NCBI GenBank assembly: GCA_963798915.1
Contig: CAWCVB010000002.1
Span: forward strand, 672,001-736,000
Direction: 5' to 3'
DNA: 64,000 bases
Source: an uncultured Gemmatimonadales bacterium
GTDB lineage: Bacteria; Gemmatimonadota; Gemmatimonadetes; Gemmatimonadales; GWC2-71-9
This document shows positions 59,279 to 64,000 of the stretch, one piece after another; position 1 is the first letter of the stretch, and each line of letters starts with the position of its first letter. The notes beneath the pieces were generated by a model. It searched no databases and was not told the DNA's origin. It worked only from the letters and a program-made list of their open reading frames with translations. A program made the translations under genes and the position numbers.

Positions 59279-59682
59279 TCCTCACTTCAATCCTCACGCG
59301 CCCGAACGGCGATCCGGACCACCGGCCGGTTGAAGCCAAATCTGGCCCACGTGCCTGTGAATTGCGTGAAAGGTTCGTGAACCGTCGTTCAAGGTATCGG
59401 ATTGTCACCCGCCATGCCTCGCCAGCGGCGGCGCACTGAAGCGTGACGGCGGCACTGTCGCCGGCATGCCGCGCGAGGGTTGGCGCCATCGCACGCATGG
59501 TCCGACCGACCCGGACGCACAACCGGTTGACCAGGAGACAGTTAGGGACACAGGTCGGCTGGGTTGCAGGACGGGTTGCACGTGCTCCGTAACGGGTGGT
59601 CGACCGGGCTGTTCGCGTATTGTCGGGCGCCGCAACCGGTCGCTGCGTCGCGCCCCGCCTGCCCAGCTGCTACCCTTGTCCC

Positions 59683-60531
59683 ATGGCTACTCCTGTTCTC
59701 ACGCGCCATGTGCTTCCTGGCGCGCTTGGCGATCTCTTCATTGACGTGCGCGCGGCTGGTCGCGCATCGCCCCGGCCCGCCGTTGTCATGGTCCATGGTT
59801 TCAAGGGGTTCAAGGACTGGGGGTTCTGGCCTCCCTTCGCCGAACGGCTGGCACGCGCCGGCTTCTCGGCCGTGAGCTTCAACATGAGCGGTAGTGGCGT
59901 GGATGCCGACGGCAACCCGACGCTGGGCCAGCGCTTCTCCCACAACACCTTTTCCGCCGACCTCGCTGACCTGGCTGCCGTCGTGGACGCCGTCACTGAT
60001 GGCGCGCTCGGCATGGCGCCACCTTCGGCGCTGGGGCTGGTTGGCCATTCACGCGGCGGCGGTATCAGCATTCTGCACGCCGCGCAGGACCCACGCATCA
60101 GAGCGCTGGTGACGTGGGCCGCAATCGCCAGCACCAATCGGTGGGGTCCCGAGACGCGAAAACGATGGCGCGCTGCAGGGTTCCTGAATGTCACCAACGC
60201 CCGCACCGGCCAGGTGCTGCCGATGTTCACTGAGCTGCTCGACGACGTCGAGCGCCACGCAGACTCCCTCGATGTCATACGGGCGGCGTCGAGCATCACC
60301 ATACCGTGGCTCATCGTTCATGGCCGGCAGGATGAAACAGTCTCGTTTGCTGACGCGGAATCGCTGCGCGCTGCCGCCACCAACGGTGCTACCACACTGC
60401 TCGCGATGGACACCGGTCATACATTTGGTGCCGCACACCCGTGGCGTCCGGCACCGGCTGCGGAACAACTCTTTGCCGACAGCGTCAGGTTTCTTGGACA
60501 TGCGCTGGTTGATGGAGGAGCCGCACCCTGA
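59683..60531 (+). CDS. Alpha/beta hydrolase
   Basis: HGFKGFKDWG, GHSRGG, HGRQDETV, GHTFG. Confidence 0.9.
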   Translation: MATPVLTRHVLPGALGDLFIDVRAAGRASPRPAVVMVHGFKGFKDWGFWPPFAERLARAGFSAVSFNMSGSGVDADGNPTLGQRFSHNTFSADLADLAAVVDAVTDGALGMAPPSALGLVGHSRGGGISILHAAQDPRIRALVTWAAIASTNRWGPETRKRWRAAGFLNVTNARTGQVLPMFTELLDDVERHADSLDVIRAASSITIPWLIVHGRQDETVSFADAESLRAAATNGATTLLAMDTGHTFGAAHPWRPAPAAEQLFADSVRFLGHALVDGGAAP

Positions 60532-60533
60532 AC

Positions 60534-61097
60534 ATGTCGCGTGTGCGGCTCGCGGCCCGGCTGGCGCAGCGAATGCCACGGGAGCATCACGGCACCGGCC
60601 GGTCATGGGCCGCTGTGTCGCTGATCCTGGCGCCTGCTCCGGAGTCGCTTCTGCTGATCCGGAGGGCTGAGCGCGGGGGCGACCCCTGGTCCGGGCATGT
60701 GGCCTTGCCGGGCGGGCGACGCGAGGCCAGCGATGTGGACCTGGCCGCAACCGCAATCCGCGAGACATCCGAAGAGGTCGGCATCGCGCTCGATCGCTCA
60801 CAGCTGCTGGGAACGCTGGACGACGTGGCGCCGGTGACGCCCGTGCTGCCGGCCATCGCGGTCCGGCCATTTGTCTTTGCGCTCGACGCCCAGCCGGCGC
60901 TGGTGCTCAGTCCCGAAGTGGCCACCGCGCACTGGGAGCCACTCAGCGCACTGTTGCATGCGGATGCAAAGGGGGAGCTGGAGCTCGCGCTCGCAGGCGG
61001 GGTGCGTCGGGTTCCGGCCTACTCCACCAGCGCCGGCCAACTCTGGGGCATGACCGAGCGGATCCTGGATGGGTTCCTGCCGATGCTGGGCACCTGA
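60534..61097 (+). CDS. CoA pyrophosphatase (Nudix, NudL/YeaB-like)
   Basis: DPWSGHVALPGGR...TAIRETSEEVG, LWGMT. Confidence 0.9.
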   Translation: MSRVRLAARLAQRMPREHHGTGRSWAAVSLILAPAPESLLLIRRAERGGDPWSGHVALPGGRREASDVDLAATAIRETSEEVGIALDRSQLLGTLDDVAPVTPVLPAIAVRPFVFALDAQPALVLSPEVATAHWEPLSALLHADAKGELELALAGGVRRVPAYSTSAGQLWGMTERILDGFLPMLGT

Positions 61098-61179
61098 GGT
61101 CAAGGATGTTGGGCCACCCGATTACTTCGCACGCCATCGGCGTGCTCGCAATGACGGGCAGGTGAGCTACTCCCTCCAA

Positions 61180-61236
61180 CTCGCCGTCTCGCCGTCTCGC
61201 CGTCTCGCCATCGCGCCGTCTCGCCAACTCGCCGTC
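61180..61236 (+). repeat. Octamer tandem repeat (CTCGCCGT) x 7
   Basis: Directly visible, ending ~20 bp before the mntR -35 box. Confidence 0.92.
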
Positions 61237-61255
61237 TTCTTTTGCCCACCACAAC

Positions 61256-61298
61256 TTGACATCTTTTTCGTCTATCATAAGATTTAGTCATGCCTAAC
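61256..61298 (+). promoter_or_regulatory. sigma70 promoter (TTGACA-16-TAAGAT) with a DtxR/MntR-type operator TTAG-N6-CTAA
   Basis: TTTAGTCATGCCTAA at 61283-61297, upstream of a DtxR-family gene. Confidence 0.75.
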
Positions 61299-61312
61299 TC
61301 TCGGGGAGTCCG

Positions 61313-61999
61313 GTGACCGCCTCCGGTCCGGCTGATGCCTATACCAGGTCGGTCGAGGATTATCTCAAGGCCGTCTACCGGCTGTCATCCGACGAGCGCG
61401 CCGCATCCACCACCGAAATTGCCCAGCGGCTGGCGCTGTCGCCCGCGTCGGTCAGCGCCATGATCAAGCGCCTGGCCGAACAGGGCCTGGTGGAACATGA
61501 GCGCTATCGCGGAGTGCGCCTCACGTCCGAGGGGCGGCGCGCCGCGCTGCGCATTGTCCGCCGCCACCGGCTGGTTGAGACCTATCTGGTCGAGTTTCTC
61601 GGGTATGACTGGGACAACGTCCACGCCGAGGCGGAAAAGCTGGAGCATGCCATGTCGGATGCGCTGGTGGAGCGGATGGCTGCGGCGCTCGGGCATCCTT
61701 CGTTTGACCCGCATGGCGATCCGATTCCCGCCGCCGACGGCAGCGTGTCCGATGTCAAGGCCACGCCGCTCACCGGAATGGCGCCCGGCGCCTGCGGGGT
61801 GCTTGCCCGGGTGGAGCTGGGTGACTCCGAGCGGCTTCGCTACCTGGGCTCGCTGGGGATCCGGCCGGGGCTCCGGTTCACCGTGCTGGACCGCGCCCCC
61901 TTCGACGGGCCCGTGACGATCGAGACATCGTCGGGCGCCAAGGTGCTGGGCTACGCGATCGCCACTGGATTGCTGTGCATGCCCGAGGCATCGAGATGA
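61313..61999 (+). CDS. mntR: DtxR/MntR family metal-dependent repressor with FeoA domain
   Basis: [32 protein letters not shown]. Confidence 0.92.
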   Translation: MTASGPADAYTRSVEDYLKAVYRLSSDERAASTTEIAQRLALSPASVSAMIKRLAEQGLVEHERYRGVRLTSEGRRAALRIVRRHRLVETYLVEFLGYDWDNVHAEAEKLEHAMSDALVERMAAALGHPSFDPHGDPIPAADGSVSDVKATPLTGMAPGACGVLARVELGDSERLRYLGSLGIRPGLRFTVLDRAPFDGPVTIETSSGAKVLGYAIATGLLCMPEASR

Positions 62000-63354
62000 G
62001 CGCGGCATCGCATCCGCCGGTGGAGGCGCACGTCGGCTGGCGGCGACCGCGCAAGATGCCCAGCCTGCCGGAATCGTATCGCACCATCAAGGTTCCGGGC
62101 GGCCCCGGGTTCTGGCGCAAGGCGCTGGCCTTTGCCGGGCCGGGCTATCTGGTGGCCGTGGGGTATATGGACCCTGGGAACTGGGCCAGCGACCTTGCCG
62201 GTGGGGCCCAGTTCGGGTACACGCTGCTGAGCGTCATCCTGCTCTCCAACCTGATGGCCATGCTGCTGCAGGGACTCGCCGTTCGTCTGGGCATTGGCAC
62301 GGGGCGGGACCTGGCCCAGGCCTGCCGGGACCATTATCCGGTTCCGGTCGCCATGGGGCTGTGGGTGCTCTGCGAAATTGCCATCGCGGCGTGCGACCTG
62401 GCCGAGGTGATCGGCAGCGCCATTGCGCTCAATCTGCTGTTCGGCATTCCCCTGCTGTGGGGCGTGTGCCTCACGGCGCTCGACGTACTGATCATCCTCT
62501 TTCTGCACCAGCGCGGCTTCCGCTGGCTCGAGGCGATCGTGATCGGCTTGATTGCGGTCGTCGGTGCCTGCTTCGCGACCGAGCTGTTTCTGTCCCGGCC
62601 CGACGCAGGCGAGGTGGCGCGCGGACTGCTTCCGACCACGCAGATTCTCTCCAACCCGATGATGCTCTACATCGCCATCGCCATTCTCGGCGCGACGGTG
62701 ATGCCCCACAACCTGTACCTGCATTCGTCCATCGTGCAGACCCGGCAGTTCGGCGACGACCTCGAGTCCCGGCGGGAAGCGATCCGTTTTTCGACCTTCG
62801 ATTCGACGGTTGCGCTGCTGTTCGCCTTCTTCATCAACGGCGCCATCCTCATCCTGAGTGCCGCGACCTTCCACTTCTCCGGCTTCAGCGGCGTCGCCGA
62901 CATCGCGGACGCGCACCGACTGCTGGCGCCCCTCCTGGGCACCACGGCCGCAAGCGTGCTGTTTGCGGTCGCGCTTCTGGCATCAGGGCAGAACTCCACC
63001 ATCACCGGCACGCTGGCGGGCCAGATCGTGATGGAGGGTTTTCTCAACCTCAGGCTGGCGCCCTGGCTGCGCCGGCTGGTCACCCGCGGCATCGCCATCG
63101 TGCCGGCCATCATCGTGACGGCGATCTACGGCGTCAGGGGTACCGTGGCCCTGCTCATCCTCAGCCAGGTCATCCTGTCGTTGCAGCTCTCGTTCGCGGT
63201 GATTCCGCTGGTGCAGTTCACCGGCGACAAGGCCAAGATGGGCCCGCTGGTGATCCGGCCCATCACCAAGGTCGCGGCATGGAGTGTGGCGGGTGTGATT
63301 CTGAGTCTCAATGCCTGGCTGCTGGTGAGCACCTTCCGGGAGTGGCTCTCCTGA
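61996..63354 (+). CDS. mntH: Nramp Mn2+ transporter
   Basis: [32 protein letters not shown]. Confidence 0.95.
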   Translation: MSAASHPPVEAHVGWRRPRKMPSLPESYRTIKVPGGPGFWRKALAFAGPGYLVAVGYMDPGNWASDLAGGAQFGYTLLSVILLSNLMAMLLQGLAVRLGIGTGRDLAQACRDHYPVPVAMGLWVLCEIAIAACDLAEVIGSAIALNLLFGIPLLWGVCLTALDVLIILFLHQRGFRWLEAIVIGLIAVVGACFATELFLSRPDAGEVARGLLPTTQILSNPMMLYIAIAILGATVMPHNLYLHSSIVQTRQFGDDLESRREAIRFSTFDSTVALLFAFFINGAILILSAATFHFSGFSGVADIADAHRLLAPLLGTTAASVLFAVALLASGQNSTITGTLAGQIVMEGFLNLRLAPWLRRLVTRGIAIVPAIIVTAIYGVRGTVALLILSQVILSLQLSFAVIPLVQFTGDKAKMGPLVIRPITKVAAWSVAGVILSLNAWLLVSTFREWLS

Positions 63355-63402
63355 GGTTTCGGGCGCATCTTTAGCGGGTCTCCACTCAAGGATCCGCAGA
63401 CC

Positions 63403-64000
63403 ATGTTCCGCAAGTTCCCCATTGCGTCCGGACTCGCCCTGGCGCTCCTCGTCGCGCCCGTTTCGCTCGCGGCGCAGGCCGCGTCGGGTTCGCTGCCCGA
63501 CCTCTCCGCGGGCGCCTCGGTCGAGGGCATCCACGAGTACACCCTCCCCAACGGCCTGCGGGTGCTGCTGTTCCCTGACCAGTCCAAGCCTACCGTCACC
63601 GTCAACGTCACCTACCTCGTCGGGTCGCGGCATGAGGGGTATGGCGAGACGGGCATGGCGCATCTGCTGGAGCACATGGTCTTCAAGGGAACGCCATCGC
63701 ATCCCGACATTCCGGCCGAGCTGAGCCAGCACGGCTCCAATGCCAACGGGACCACCTGGTACGACCGCACCAACTATTTCGAGACCGTCTCGTCCACCCC
63801 TGAGAACCTGGCGTGGGCGCTCGACATGGAATCGGACCGGATGGTCAACAGCTACATCGCGAAGAAGGACCTCGAGAGCGAATTCACGGTGGTGCGCAAT
63901 GAATTCGAGTCGGGCGAGAATTCGCCGTTCAACGTGCTGGAGGAGCGGTTGCTCTCCACCGCGTTCCTCTGGCAGAACTACGGCCACAGCACCATCGGAG
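63403..64000 (+). CDS. M16 (pitrilysin-family) zinc protease, partial at window edge
   Basis: Signal peptide; [20 protein letters not shown] (HxxEH), [11 protein letters not shown]. Confidence 0.92.
   Translation, partial: MFRKFPIASGLALALLVAPVSLAAQAASGSLPDLSAGASVEGIHEYTLPNGLRVLLFPDQSKPTVTVNVTYLVGSRHEGYGETGMAHLLEHMVFKGTPSHPDIPAELSQHGSNANGTTWYDRTNYFETVSSTPENLAWALDMESDRMVNSYIAKKDLESEFTVVRNEFESGENSPFNVLEERLLSTAFLWQNYGHSTIG

Overview
GC-rich bacterial window. Gene content and the short intergenic tandem repeats suggest Gemmatimonadota (inference). In order it holds: two OmpA-type outer-membrane proteins; a pair of exported M42 peptidases, the first catalytically dead; an ArgR-controlled arginine operon (argG-orf-argC-argD-argF'-argB-argE-argH-argR); a ~17 kb accessory block; a PiT/DUF47/HAD operon fed by an N6-adenine MTase plus SNF2-like helicase pair; a PAS hybrid kinase; a CusCBA-type efflux operon behind a Cys/Met/His-rich polyproline leader ORF; and mntR-mntH. 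The arg operon has no argA or argJ, and instead carries a DUF1611/DgcN-like P-loop protein that is a candidate non-GNAT N-acetylglutamate synthase. One arm of the accessory block encodes GH15, Rieske, a cytochrome b-c fusion and a caa3-type oxidase whose subunit I lacks both the D-channel Glu (GHPWVY) and the K-channel Lys. The divergent arm encodes ASRT, a TPP enzyme, an enolase-superfamily enzyme, an FAD/Fe-S oxidoreductase and an SDR. Several genes are frameshifted, most likely by sequencing indels. No rRNA, tRNA, CRISPR array or transposase was recognised. All family calls come from motif recognition by eye, without database searches.
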